From: an uncultured Desulfarculus sp.
GTDB lineage: Bacteria; Desulfobacterota; Desulfarculia; Desulfarculales; Desulfarculaceae
Reading direction: 5' to 3'
DNA: 64,000 bases
NCBI GenBank assembly: GCA_963665125.2
Contig: CAXXUK010000001.1
Coordinates: 2,912,001 to 2,976,000, forward strand
Below, piece after piece: positions 47,239 through 57,400 of this stretch. The notes under the pieces are model-generated. The model made no database searches. It was not told the DNA's origin and saw nothing but the letters and a program-made list of their open reading frames with translations. Position numbers and translations under genes: made by a program. The first letter of the stretch is position 1; each line of letters opens with the position of its first letter.

Positions 47239-48219
47239 ATGCGAACCCGTGCAAATTTGCAAACGTTCCTAATTCTATGCTTGGGGCTTTGTTGCGCCGC
47301 CACCTCCGCCAGGGCCGAAAATCCCATTTTCCCTGCCGTGTTTTCCGATGACCCGGCCCAGGTGGCCGCCGTCATAAAAGCCGATCCCAAAGCCGTTACG
47401 GCTATAGATGAAATCAGTAAGGAGACGGCCCTTATCAGGGCTTGCTCGTTGCATGAATGGGCCAAAAAACGCAACAAGATGATCGCCCTGCTGCTCGACA
47501 GCGGCTCCGACCCCAACGCCAAAAACTTCATCGGCGACACGCCGTTGCACTTCGCCGCCGCCGCGGGCAATGTTGAAGGCGTCAGGCTCCTGTTGGCCAA
47601 GGGCGCCGACCCCGGCGCGGCCAACAACGAGGGGGAAACACCACTGCAATACGCCTCCAGGGAGGGCCACGCCCAGGTGATCGAGCTGTTGATGGCCCGG
47701 GGAGCATCGTCGGGCGCTCAGACGGCATCCGGTTGCGGACCGCTTTACGAGGCGGCCGGGCAAGGCAACCTGGACATCGTAGTCAAGCTATTGGATTCAG
47801 GGGCTGAAATTGATCAGCCGTGCGGCTCCTACGACCGCACGCCCCTGGGCAAAGCCAGCGCAAAAGGGCACTTGGAGGTGGTCAAGTTTTTAGTCCAGCG
47901 CGGCGCGGATATCAACTACCAGGACGGCGAGGGATTCAACGCCCTGCACCAGGCGGCGTTCTGGGACCAGCGCAAAGTCGCGGCGTTTCTGCTGGTGCGC
48001 GGGGTGGATAAAAATGCCCGGGACGCCAAGGGGCGCACTCCATTGCACCAGGCGGCCAAGGAAGGGCACCGGATAATGGCGGAGCTTTTGGTCAGCTACG
48101 GGGCCTCTATCAACGCCGTTGACGCCAAGGGCAAAACGCCCTTGGATCTGGCCAAGTCAGAGGGCTACAACAAGGTTGCCGCTTTTCTTGAACAAAAAGG
48201 CGGCAAGCCGGGCAAGTAA
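47239..48219 (+). CDS. Secreted ankyrin repeat protein
   Basis: Signal peptide (ARA); repeated G.TPLH.AA..G. Confidence 0.92.
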   Translation: MRTRANLQTFLILCLGLCCAATSARAENPIFPAVFSDDPAQVAAVIKADPKAVTAIDEISKETALIRACSLHEWAKKRNKMIALLLDSGSDPNAKNFIGDTPLHFAAAAGNVEGVRLLLAKGADPGAANNEGETPLQYASREGHAQVIELLMARGASSGAQTASGCGPLYEAAGQGNLDIVVKLLDSGAEIDQPCGSYDRTPLGKASAKGHLEVVKFLVQRGADINYQDGEGFNALHQAAFWDQRKVAAFLLVRGVDKNARDAKGRTPLHQAAKEGHRIMAELLVSYGASINAVDAKGKTPLDLAKSEGYNKVAAFLEQKGGKPGK

Positions 48220-48226
48220 GAACCGC

Positions 48227-48268
48227 GCCGCCCGCCGCGTCAAATATTGGTGACGCGGGCGGCTTTGA
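48227..48268 (+). terminator. Possible terminator after the ankyrin gene
   Basis: GC-rich hairpin GCCGCCCG..CGCGTCA/TGACGCGGGCGGC followed by TTT. Confidence 0.45.
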
Positions 48269-48342
48269 GTTGCCACCCGCCGCGCTTTTGGGGCACCATG
48301 AATTGATACTATCCGATCCTCTAGCATTCAGGACTTTGCCAT

Positions 48343-48801
48343 ATGTCTAAAGGCCTATTCAGCACGCCCGTGATCTGGATTTTGGTGGGCTTCGCCTTCG
48401 CGGCCGTGGAATTGCTCATACCCGGTTTCATCCTGATCTTTTTCGCCATCGGCGCCTGGATCACCGCGGCGCTGACGTTTTTCCTGCCCCTGGGCTTCGG
48501 CTGGCAATTGGCCGTGTTCATCGCCGCCTCGCTGCTGACCCTGCTGACCCTGCGCAAATACATGGCCAAGGCCTTTCGCGGCGATACGGCCGATGAGCGC
48601 GGCGACACCGTGGAGCAGGCCGACATCGGCAAGCTGGCCACCGTGACCAAGGACATTACGCCCACCTTTCCGGGCGAGATCAAATACCGCGGCAGCTTCT
48701 GGAAGGCCGCGGCTGCAACCAATATCCAGGCGGGCCAAAACGTGCGCATAACCGGAAGAAGCGCCGACGACTCGCAGATGTTCAACGTGGAAACAGTTTA
48801 A
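48343..48801 (+). CDS. NfeD-family protein
   Basis: W..G......E...PGF, TM helices, OB-fold GEIKYRGSFWKA. Confidence 0.9.
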   Translation: MSKGLFSTPVIWILVGFAFAAVELLIPGFILIFFAIGAWITAALTFFLPLGFGWQLAVFIAASLLTLLTLRKYMAKAFRGDTADERGDTVEQADIGKLATVTKDITPTFPGEIKYRGSFWKAAAATNIQAGQNVRITGRSADDSQMFNVETV

Positions 48802-48818
48802 ATACGGGGAGTTGAAAG

Positions 48819-49754
48819 ATGGACACATGGATCAGCGGCGGTGCCATAACCTTTGCGGTTCTTACTATTTTCATAATTATCATCCTCATAAAAACCGCGG
48901 TGGTGGTGCCCCAACGCACCGAGGCCGTGGTTGAGCGTCTGGGCAAGTACAGCCGGACCCTGGGCGCGGGCTTCCACGTGCTCATCCCCTTCCTGGACAA
49001 GGTGGCCTACAAGCGCTCGCTCAAGGAAGAGGTCATGGACATCCCCTCCCAGGTCTGCATCACCCGGGACAACGTCTCGGTGCAGATCGACGGCGTGATC
49101 TATTTGCAGGTCCAGGACGCCAAGATGTCGGCCTACGGCATCGACGACTACCGCATGGGCGCCACCCAGCTGTCCCAGACCTCGCTGCGTTCGGCCATCG
49201 GCAAGATCGACCTGGACAAGACTTTCGAAGAGCGCGAGACCATCAACCAGCAGGTGGTTGAGGCCGTGGACGAGGCGGCCCAGAACTGGGGCATCAAGGT
49301 CCTGCGTTACGAGATCAAGGACATCACCCCGCCCGACAGCGTGATGAACGCCATGGAGGCCCAGATGAAGGCCGAGCGCGAAAAGCGCGCCGAGATCGCC
49401 CGCTCCGAGGGCGAGCGCCAGGCCAAGATCAACCGGGCCGAGGGTCTCAAGCAGGAGGCCATCAGCATCTCCGAGGGCGAGAAGGCCAAGCGCATCAACG
49501 AGGCCGAGGGCCGCGCCGCCGAAATCGAGCTGGTGGCCAAGGCCACGGCCGAGGGTCTGCGCCAGGTGGCCGAATCCGTGGCCGGGCCGGGCGGATACGA
49601 CGCGGCCAACCTGCGCATCGCCGAGAAGTATCTGGCCGAGTTCGGCAACATGGCCAAGCAGAGCAACACCATGATCGTGCCGGGCAACATGAGCGATCTG
49701 TCGGGCATGATCGCCGCGGCCACCAGCGTGTTCAAGAAGGCCAGCCAGGCCTAA
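48819..49754 (+). CDS. SPFH/stomatin-like protein (QmcA-like)
   Basis: VERLGKY, ITRDNV, WGIKVLRYEIKDI, AEREKRA. Confidence 0.95.
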   Translation: MDTWISGGAITFAVLTIFIIIILIKTAVVVPQRTEAVVERLGKYSRTLGAGFHVLIPFLDKVAYKRSLKEEVMDIPSQVCITRDNVSVQIDGVIYLQVQDAKMSAYGIDDYRMGATQLSQTSLRSAIGKIDLDKTFEERETINQQVVEAVDEAAQNWGIKVLRYEIKDITPPDSVMNAMEAQMKAEREKRAEIARSEGERQAKINRAEGLKQEAISISEGEKAKRINEAEGRAAEIELVAKATAEGLRQVAESVAGPGGYDAANLRIAEKYLAEFGNMAKQSNTMIVPGNMSDLSGMIAAATSVFKKASQA

Positions 49755-49775
49755 AACCAATAAAAGCCCATTGCG

Positions 49776-49805
49776 AGAGCCTGCCCCACGGGGCGGGCTC
49801 TTTTT
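49776..49805 (+). terminator. Intrinsic terminator
   Basis: AGAGCCTGCCCC-AC-GGGGCGGGCTCT followed by a T run. Confidence 0.75.
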
Positions 49806-49924
49806 GTCGCATGGCGGCAACATCCCCGCCGGTATGGGCCAATTTAATATGGACACCCCGCCCCGCCCCGTCCTAATCTCTGAATTACCTTTTTCGCCGC
49901 CCACGCCAGCCAAAGGAGCCCGGC

Positions 49925-50806
49925 ATGAAAGCAACCACCCTGTTCAAGCAGCTCGTATACGACCCGGAGATCCTGCTTTTGCCCGTGGCCCACGACGCCC
50001 TTTGCGCCCGCATCGCCCGCCAGGCCGGGTTCAAGGCCGTCTGCTCGGCGGGCTATGCCAACAGCGCCAGCCTTTTGGGCAAACCCGACGTAAACCTGCT
50101 GACGCTAACGGAAATGGTGAATGCCGCCGGGCGCATCGCCGACGCGGCGGGCCTGCCGGTGATGGCCGACGGCGACACGGGCCACGGCAACGTGACCAAC
50201 GTCATCCGCACGGTGAAGCTCCACGAAAAGGCCGGGATCGCCGCCCTGTTCATCGAGGACCAGGTCTCGCCCAAGCGCTGCGGCCACATGTCCGGCAAGC
50301 GCATCATTCCCATCGAGGACATGCTGGCCAAGATCAAGGCCGCCCTGGACGCCCGCACGGACCCGGACTTCATGATCATGGCCCGCACCGACGCCATCGC
50401 CGTCGAGGGCATCGACGCGGCCCTGGAGCGGGCCCGCCGGTTCCAGGATGTGGGCGCGGACATGATCTTCATCGAGGCCCCGCAAAACATCGAACAGATG
50501 CGGCTCATCGCCTCCGAGGTCAAGGCCCCGACCATGGCCAACATGATCCCCGGCGGGGCCACGCCCGTTCTTTCGGCTGATGAATTGCAAAAAATGGGCT
50601 TCGCCATGGTGGCCTTTCCCACGGTGAACACCTATGCCATTGCCAAGGCCACCAAAGAGCTGTTCGGCCATATCGCCCGGAACGGCTCGTTCATGGGCCT
50701 TGAGGACCGATTCATGGAGTTCGAGGAATTCAACGACCTGGTGGGCCTGCCCCAAATCCGCGAGTTGGAACACTACTACTACAAAGACATCAAAGAGGAC
50801 GCCTAG
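49925..50806 (+). CDS. Isocitrate lyase/PEP mutase family lyase
   Basis: DGDTGHG, IEDQVSPKRCGH, ARTDA, FIEAP. Confidence 0.9.
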   Translation: MKATTLFKQLVYDPEILLLPVAHDALCARIARQAGFKAVCSAGYANSASLLGKPDVNLLTLTEMVNAAGRIADAAGLPVMADGDTGHGNVTNVIRTVKLHEKAGIAALFIEDQVSPKRCGHMSGKRIIPIEDMLAKIKAALDARTDPDFMIMARTDAIAVEGIDAALERARRFQDVGADMIFIEAPQNIEQMRLIASEVKAPTMANMIPGGATPVLSADELQKMGFAMVAFPTVNTYAIAKATKELFGHIARNGSFMGLEDRFMEFEEFNDLVGLPQIRELEHYYYKDIKEDA

Positions 50807-50867
50807 AGCGTCTTCTGCCGGAGCGGCCGCGTATGTTAAGATAGCCCATTATTTATACGGGAAAAGG

Positions 50868-51725
50868 ATGGCGGATATGCGGCAACCGGAAATGCTCAAG
50901 GCGGACGGCGACGGCATTGAAATTCAACTGGCCCAGTGGCCCGGCGACGGCCCGCCGGTCTTGTGCATCCACGGCCTGACGGCCAACTGCCGCAGCTTTG
51001 ACACCATCGCCGGGGCCCTCTCGCCCGCCCACCGGGTCATCGCCATGGACCTGCGGGGCCGGGGCCGCTCGGACAAACCTGCCACCGGTTATTCCATGAA
51101 CCACCACTGCCGGGACATCAAGGCCGTGCTGGACAGCCTGGGCCTGGACAAGGTCAGCCTCTTGGGCCATTCCCTGGGCAGCTATATCTCCCTGGCCTAC
51201 ACCGCCGCCAATCCGGACCAGGTCCAAAAACTGGCCCTTTTGGACGGCGGGGCCAATCTCACGCCCGAGCAATGGGGCAAGGTCACCCTGGGCATCAAGC
51301 CCTCCCTGGACCGCCTGGGCAAGCTGTTTCCCTCGTTCGAGGCCTATACCGACACGGTCAAGGCCTCGCCGTTCATGAAGCCCTGGAACGAGGCCATGGA
51401 ATCCTATTACGCCTATGACACAGAGCAGATCGACGGCCAGACCCGCTCGGTGATCCACCCCGAGAACATAGACGAGGAACGGGCCAACCTGCTGACCATG
51501 GACCCCTCGGCCTATTACCCCATGATCAAGTGCCCGGTGCTGATTCTGCGGGCCACCCTGGGCATGCTGGGCGGCGATGAGCTAGTGCTGCCCCAGTCGG
51601 CCACCGACGGCCTGCTGGCCCAGTTGCCCACGGCCAAACTCGTCAACCTCGACGGCATGCACCACTTTTCCGTGGCCTTCCAGCCCTGTCCCCAACTCGA
51701 CCAGGCCCTGTTGGACTTTTTCTAG
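50868..51725 (+). CDS. Alpha/beta hydrolase
   Basis: HGLT, DLRGRGRS, GHSLG, C-terminal His. Confidence 0.92.
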   Translation: MADMRQPEMLKADGDGIEIQLAQWPGDGPPVLCIHGLTANCRSFDTIAGALSPAHRVIAMDLRGRGRSDKPATGYSMNHHCRDIKAVLDSLGLDKVSLLGHSLGSYISLAYTAANPDQVQKLALLDGGANLTPEQWGKVTLGIKPSLDRLGKLFPSFEAYTDTVKASPFMKPWNEAMESYYAYDTEQIDGQTRSVIHPENIDEERANLLTMDPSAYYPMIKCPVLILRATLGMLGGDELVLPQSATDGLLAQLPTAKLVNLDGMHHFSVAFQPCPQLDQALLDFF

Positions 51726-51883
51726 CGCTGGGCGGACGGGCAGGACTCAATGCATGACTAGGCGGTAAAGGCCCCGGACATACGGTGGCTGCTTGGCCTT
51801 TACTAGGCATCAAATCCATTTACCGCCTCCGTGCCCTGTCGGGTACTGTGCCGACGCAAGCTTTCTGGAAAGCCAATTTTCCC

Positions 51884-51936
51884 CTGGGGGAAGTGGGGAC
51901 CCCCTTTTGACAAAGGTGGTCCCAGTCTCCCCCCAG
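51884..51936. repeat. REP-like palindromic element
   Basis: Inner stem GGGACCCCCTTT-TGAC-AAAGGTGGTCCC (11/12) within outer CTGGGGG/CCCCCAG. Confidence 0.55.
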
Positions 51937-52153
51937 ACCCCGCCTCTCCCCTCCAAATGACGTTGCCTCGAGTTGGGTCTGAGGTTACCTGGGATATGCT
52001 GGAATTTGTAGATATTCAGTTCGCGTTGGCGGGTGGAAGTGCCAGTTTCCAGCAGGATTACGCTATTCCTCGGTGTGTGGACGGCGCCCCATGGCAGGTT
52101 TGGGGCCGGTCGAGTCGTGGTAATTGCACCAGCAACATCGTTGTTTTTCGTAC

Positions 52154-52574
52154 AGGCTGGCCAGGACGGCCAGCCCGGCGCAGCGCGAAGCCATGCACCG
52201 TAAGCTTCAGGTCTGATTCACTCAGCCCGAAGCGTTGCACCTCGGCCCAAGGATGGGCCGAGGTGCAAGAAAATAGCAGGGCCAGCCCGGCGCGGCGCGA
52301 AGCCACGCTCCGTAAGCCCCGGATCGGATTTATTCCGTCCGGGGCGGCCCAATGCTTGGGCTCCCAAATCGTGGGCAAGCTCAGCGCGCGGTAAAGCGCT
52401 GTCGGCCCCGACCGCACACTTCAACACGGCATTAACGTGCATATCAGAAAGGCTGGCCATGGACGGTCAGCCCGGCGCGGCGCGCTAGCCACGCGCCGTA
52501 AGCCTCGGGTCTGATTCACTCAGCCCGAGGCGCTGTTACTCTGGCCAAGGATGGCCAGAGTAACAAGAAATAGC
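52154..52574 (+). repeat. Array of ~125-nt four-hairpin repeat units (possible structured ncRNA)
   Basis: Full units 52154-52277 and 52450-52574, partial unit 52280-52345; conserved loops, covarying stems. Confidence 0.85.
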
Positions 52575-52576
52575 TG

Positions 52577-53815
52577 CTATTTCAACAGGTTCCACTCGTA
52601 ATTGATGATGAAGCGGAAATCGGCGTATTCCTGGCCGCCGGCGACATCGTCCTGGTTGACCACCGCGCCCCTGGCCCGCAGCCACAGGCCGTCGAGATAG
52701 GTCTGCTTGAAGCGGTAGCTGACATCGAGGTCGGCCTCCCATTGATCCGGCGAGGCATTCTGGCCCGTGTCCGGGGTGTCGGACATGGTGAACAGGGTGT
52801 TGGCGCTCAGGTTGCCCGGCCCCAGCATGCCGAAGTCGGCCGACAGGCCCACCATCCATGTCTTGTCATCGGCCCGGTCGTTGTCCTCCTCCATGATGGA
52901 GGTGTAGCCGGGATAGCTTGACCAGGGGTTGAAGGCGGCCGAATCCGGGCCTGTTTGGGTGTAGGCCAGGGTCAGGCCCACGCCCTTGTAGTGGAGCACG
53001 GTCTGCACGCCGTACTGCCAGCCTTCGAACTGGCCCACCAGGGCCCAGCCCACTGCCCGTTGGTCAAAGCCCTGCAGCGAAACGTCGATGCCCCAGTCCG
53101 GGGAGAGCTTCCAGGTGCCGTCGGCCTGGAAATAGAGGATGTTGGCCACCTGGTGGGCGAAGTACTCGTACAACTGCACCTTGTAGTTTTCGTTTATCTG
53201 GTATTCGACGCCGCCCATGGTCACGCCCTCGTCGCTGTTGTAGGCTCCGGCGGCCTGGCTCATGGACTTGAACACCGTGTCGTTCCAGGTCTTGATGCCG
53301 GTCACGTGGGATACGATGAGGTCAAGGCCCTTGATGGAGCTGTTGGCCAGGGTGTAGGCCTCGTAGGTCACCGGCACCATGCGCACGTCATAGGCGTTGA
53401 GGAACGGTGTGTCGAGCTTCTGACGGAAGACCTTGGCCGAGGTGCCGCCGTAGGCGGCTTTCAGGTAGGCCTCGCCCAGCACGGTGATGCCTTCCTGGTC
53501 CGAGTTGAGCAGGTTGGTGCCCACGCGGTCCTCATCGGCGATGAAAAAGGGCTGGGACGTATACGCCGCGCCGCCCAGGCTCAGGCCGTACAAGGGCGCG
53601 GTTTCATAAAAGACCCAGCCGCCGATGGCCCAGGCCTCCTGTGTGCCTCCGCTTTGGTCGAAATGCCGGTTCATGTAAAAACTGCGGAAGTGAATATCGA
53701 GTTTGCCGTCTTTGAGCCATTGCTCCATATCGGCGCAGGTCCCCGTGGCGGGCGCGGCCAGCAGCAGGACCAAGCAAAACAACAGAACCGCCTTTATACG
53801 CGAATGCCTAATCAT
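52577..53815 (-). CDS. OprD-family outer membrane porin
   Basis: Signal peptide; LGEAYL, RQKLDTPF, RMVP, C-terminal RFIINYEW beta strand. Confidence 0.85.
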   Translation of the reverse strand: MIRHSRIKAVLLFCLVLLLAAPATGTCADMEQWLKDGKLDIHFRSFYMNRHFDQSGGTQEAWAIGGWVFYETAPLYGLSLGGAAYTSQPFFIADEDRVGTNLLNSDQEGITVLGEAYLKAAYGGTSAKVFRQKLDTPFLNAYDVRMVPVTYEAYTLANSSIKGLDLIVSHVTGIKTWNDTVFKSMSQAAGAYNSDEGVTMGGVEYQINENYKVQLYEYFAHQVANILYFQADGTWKLSPDWGIDVSLQGFDQRAVGWALVGQFEGWQYGVQTVLHYKGVGLTLAYTQTGPDSAAFNPWSSYPGYTSIMEEDNDRADDKTWMVGLSADFGMLGPGNLSANTLFTMSDTPDTGQNASPDQWEADLDVSYRFKQTYLDGLWLRARGAVVNQDDVAGGQEYADFRFIINYEWNLLK

Positions 53816-53841
53816 GTCTAAATCTCCCACTGATGTGTCCG

Positions 53842-54156
53842 CTACATGACTCTGGAACAGCGAATAAGTAGTGAATCGGTAATGGCCTCTTCCCTGAAAT
53901 GCAGTATGGCCAAATAATCCGGATCACTGGTGAAGGCTTTGAAGGTGTCCCAGTTGGGATATTCCACAAAGAAAACCAGGTCGGCATCAAATTTGCCGAT
54001 TACCGATTTGTTGGGCGCGAATGCCGGCAGGGGCCTGATGCCGTATTTTTTTAAAATCGGGGCGCAGCCGTCCATGTACTTTTGATAGGACTCACTGCCG
54101 CCTTCGGGTTTGAACCACAATGCGTTGAGCATATAGATTTTTTCGTCGTTTGACAT
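53842..54156 (-). CDS. DUF1330-like dimeric alpha-beta barrel protein
   Basis: AAGGAG RBS; YMLNAL, VEYP, DPDY...R. Confidence 0.8.
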   Translation of the reverse strand: MSNDEKIYMLNALWFKPEGGSESYQKYMDGCAPILKKYGIRPLPAFAPNKSVIGKFDADLVFFVEYPNWDTFKAFTSDPDYLAILHFREEAITDSLLIRCSRVM

Positions 54157-54494
54157 CGCTTCCGTCTCCTTTTCCAATGCCCATAATCCAATGATTGCCA
54201 TGGTCATGGCAAGCGATGAGTTTCGCTTAACACGCATGGTGCATAATTTGTTGTGGTTTGGTTATATATAATAACACCTTATGTGGCCAGCTTGAACGCG
54301 GCGGAAAATACGACACGGCCGATCTCGGCGGATGGGCCGGGCCTCTGATCACGGGCCGTGAGGCGGCGGCAAAACCAGCGCTTATTTAAAAGGCCGCCCA
54401 CTGCCGGCAAGACCGGTTTGACACCTCCGGGGCGGCGGGCCTAGAATCCACAATTAGCAGGCGGTGTTTTAGCGCTTGCTTACAATAAAGGCCG

Positions 54495-57400
54495 ATGATG
54501 GTGCTGAAGCTTCTGTTGAAAATAATCGCCGGTTTGTTGGCCGCCATTTTGCTGTTGGCCGCCGCGGCCATCGCAGTGGTGACGATATGGCCCGGCGTTT
54601 TGCAGCCCGCCCTGGAATGGGCCCTGGCCCCCCAAAACGGCTGTGCCGTCATCCAGGCGGTTGAGTTCAATCCCCTCAGGCAAAGCCTTTCTCTGCGCGG
54701 CCTGCGCATTACCGGACCCAACCCGGAGATATTGGACGTACAAGCCGGTCAGGTGATGATCCGGGCTGATCTGCTGCGGGCCTTGGGCGGCGGGTCTCCC
54801 CTGCGGATGGTCAAGGCGGACGGCTTGCAGGTGGTTTTCACGGCCCAACCCGGCGAGGGCGGCGGCGGCTTTGATCCGGCCCTATTGGGTCATCTGCTGG
54901 CCGTGGACAGCCTGATGGTCTATGCCAAGTCACTGGACATTGCCCTGCCCCAGGCCAGGGTGAGGGTCAGCGGCCTGGCCCTGAACCGTAGCGAAAAAGG
55001 CAAGGCGGATCTCGATCTGATGGCCATTGTGGCGGTCACCGGGGCTGACGGCGGCCAGTGGTTCCAGGGCCAATTGACCGGCCGGGGATCGGCCGCCGAG
55101 GGCAAGACTTTGTCGGGATATCTGTCCCTGAACAAGGCCAAACTGGATACGCCGTGGCTGGGCGGCGAAATGATGGCCGGTTTGAACTTTGGTTTGCAGG
55201 GCAATACGCTGGACGTGGGGATTATACGTCTTTCGCTACCCGACAGTACCGTAAGGCTGACGGTGGACGGCAAGCAGTTGGCTTGGTCAGGCGTCAAGGC
55301 GAGACTGGCGGCCAGAGGCAAATACGACCTGGCCAAGGCCGAGGCAAACATTGAAACCGTCAGCTTGGTCGTTGATGACATCCTGAAGGTATCAGGCAGC
55401 TATTCCCCCAAGGGCCTCGCCGCCAAAGCCAGCCTGAACTGCGGCGGCAAACTGCTTGAGGTTCTTGAGCCAATTCTGCCCCAGTCCTTGCGGGGCCTCG
55501 GCTTGCAGGGGACTCTGGATTTTGAACTGGCCAGGTTGGTCGACGGCCTGAATGAACTGCGCCTGGTGCCCGACGGCTTCAGGGTTTTTTTGCCCGATGG
55601 ACTTATTGACGCCGAGTTCGGCGGGATGATCCAACTGGCCGGAAAAGACGCCGACTTGCAATGGTCCGGCGCCCTGGTGGCCGACGCCTCGGGTCGGGCC
55701 GGTGATCTGACCATGGATCATCTGCAACTGAAACTGCCCCTGGCCGGTCCCTTGCTTCAACCGGCCAGCCCCAGACCGGAACTGCTGGCCCCGGCCGGCG
55801 CCATTGCCTGGCAGGGCCGCACCCTGCCCCTGGGCCTGGTGTCCGCCGCGGGCGAACTGGTCTGGCAAAATGATCTGCCCATGCTCGACAATATCGTGCT
55901 CAAGGCCGAAGCCCTGGGCAGCCTGAGCGGATCGGCGGGCATGGGCCCCAATGGGCCTGTGGGCGCTTTGGCCGGTCAAAACATAGCCGCCGGGCCCATC
56001 CTGGCCCTGACCCGGGCCATCATGCCCGGAAAGGTCGACGGCTGGCAGGCCTCGGGCGGCCTTGACCTGGACGTGAGTCTCACACAGCAAAGCGGCGTTC
56101 CGGCGATCTCGGCGGATTTGAAGCCGCGGGACCTGGGCCTGCGATCGGCCGACGGCCTGCTGATGCTGGCCAAATTGCAGGGCTCGCTCAAGGCGGGCGT
56201 GCAGATGGGGGCCAAGCCTCGCTTCACGGCCGAACTGGCCCTGAGGACCGGTCAGTTGCTCTATGACACGCTGTATCTGGATCTGTCCCAGCGGCCCCTG
56301 GCCGTGAAAGCGGCCGGTATGCGGCAAGGCCCTTCGGTCTGGCGGGACATGCTTCTGGACCTGCGCCTGGGCGGCATGGGCTCCCTGCGCCTCAGCGGCG
56401 CCATGGACGTTTCAAACAAGGGCAAGCCGGTCTATTCGGGGCGCCTGAGCGTCAAGGACTTTGAGATAGGCCCGGCCTTTGCCGAGTTGGCCCGGCCCAG
56501 CCTCTCGGCCCGGCAGCCCGAATTGGGCCTTATGGAGATGGGCGGCCAGGCCGACCTGGGCCTTGATTTCAAGGGCAAGGGCAGCTCCGCCGCCATCAGC
56601 GGCCGTTTGGCTGTTGCCGGCGGCTGGCTAAGCCCCGACGGCCAGGCCAAGACCTTCCAGGGCCTGGATCTGGGTCTGCCGTTCAGTTATGAATTGGGCG
56701 GCAAGCGCAACCCAAAGAACAAGCCCATGCAATGGGGCAGCCTGCGCCTGGCAAAAATCGAAGGGGGGGGCATCAGCCTGTCCAAGCTCAACTTGACCCT
56801 GGCCTTGATTCCAAACCGGCTCATCGTAAAGGAGGCCGTCAGCCTGCCGCTGTACGGGGCGGAGCTGCGGGCGTCGGGCATCAGGGTGGATCAACCCCTG
56901 TCGCCGGATTTCAAGGCCAACCTGGACGCGACGCTGAGCAAGTTGGACATGGCAGCCCTGCCCACCGGCGGCATGAAGTTGCAGGGCAGCCTGTCCGGCC
57001 GCTTGGGGCCGGTGGTGCTGACAGCCAAGGGTCTGTCCTGCGGCGGCGGCCTGACCGGCACCTTCTTCGGCGGCAAGCTGAGGGTGAGCAATATACTAGC
57101 CAGGGAGCTTTTCAGCGGCGTTCCGGTCTTTGGCGCGGACGCCGAGGCCAGAAATGTCGATCTGAAGAAACTGACCACGGCCCTGGGTGCGGGCGTTGTC
57201 AGCGGCAGGGTCGATATCGATCTGAAGGGGCTGCGCGTGGCCTCGGGCCAGCCCCAGGCCTTTGATCTGCGGGTGCTGTCCAAGGAAACGGCGGGGGTCG
57301 ACCAGGAGGTAAGCCTCCAGGCCGTCAACAGCATCAGCGTCATCGGCACCGGCGAAGGCCTCACCGGCCTGGGCATGGGCCTGCTTCAGCCGCTTTTCGA

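Noticed and set aside
47239..48219. Ankyrin protein as a host-targeted effector
   Set aside because: It has an ordinary Sec signal, with no secretion system or toxin neighbour; periplasmic ankyrin proteins are common.
49925..50806. prpB or aceA assignment
   Set aside because: KRCGH is shared by several lyases of the family; no prpC/prpD nearby; too short for AceA.
51831..52460. ORFs 51831-52394, 52058-52417 and 52218-52460
   Set aside because: No RBS or protein motifs; they run through palindromic repeats that are better explained as non-coding.
52154..52574. CRISPR array or tRNA-like cloverleaf
   Set aside because: Units are ~125 nt without regular spacers, there are no cas genes, and the hairpins are serial with no acceptor stem, T-loop or CCA.
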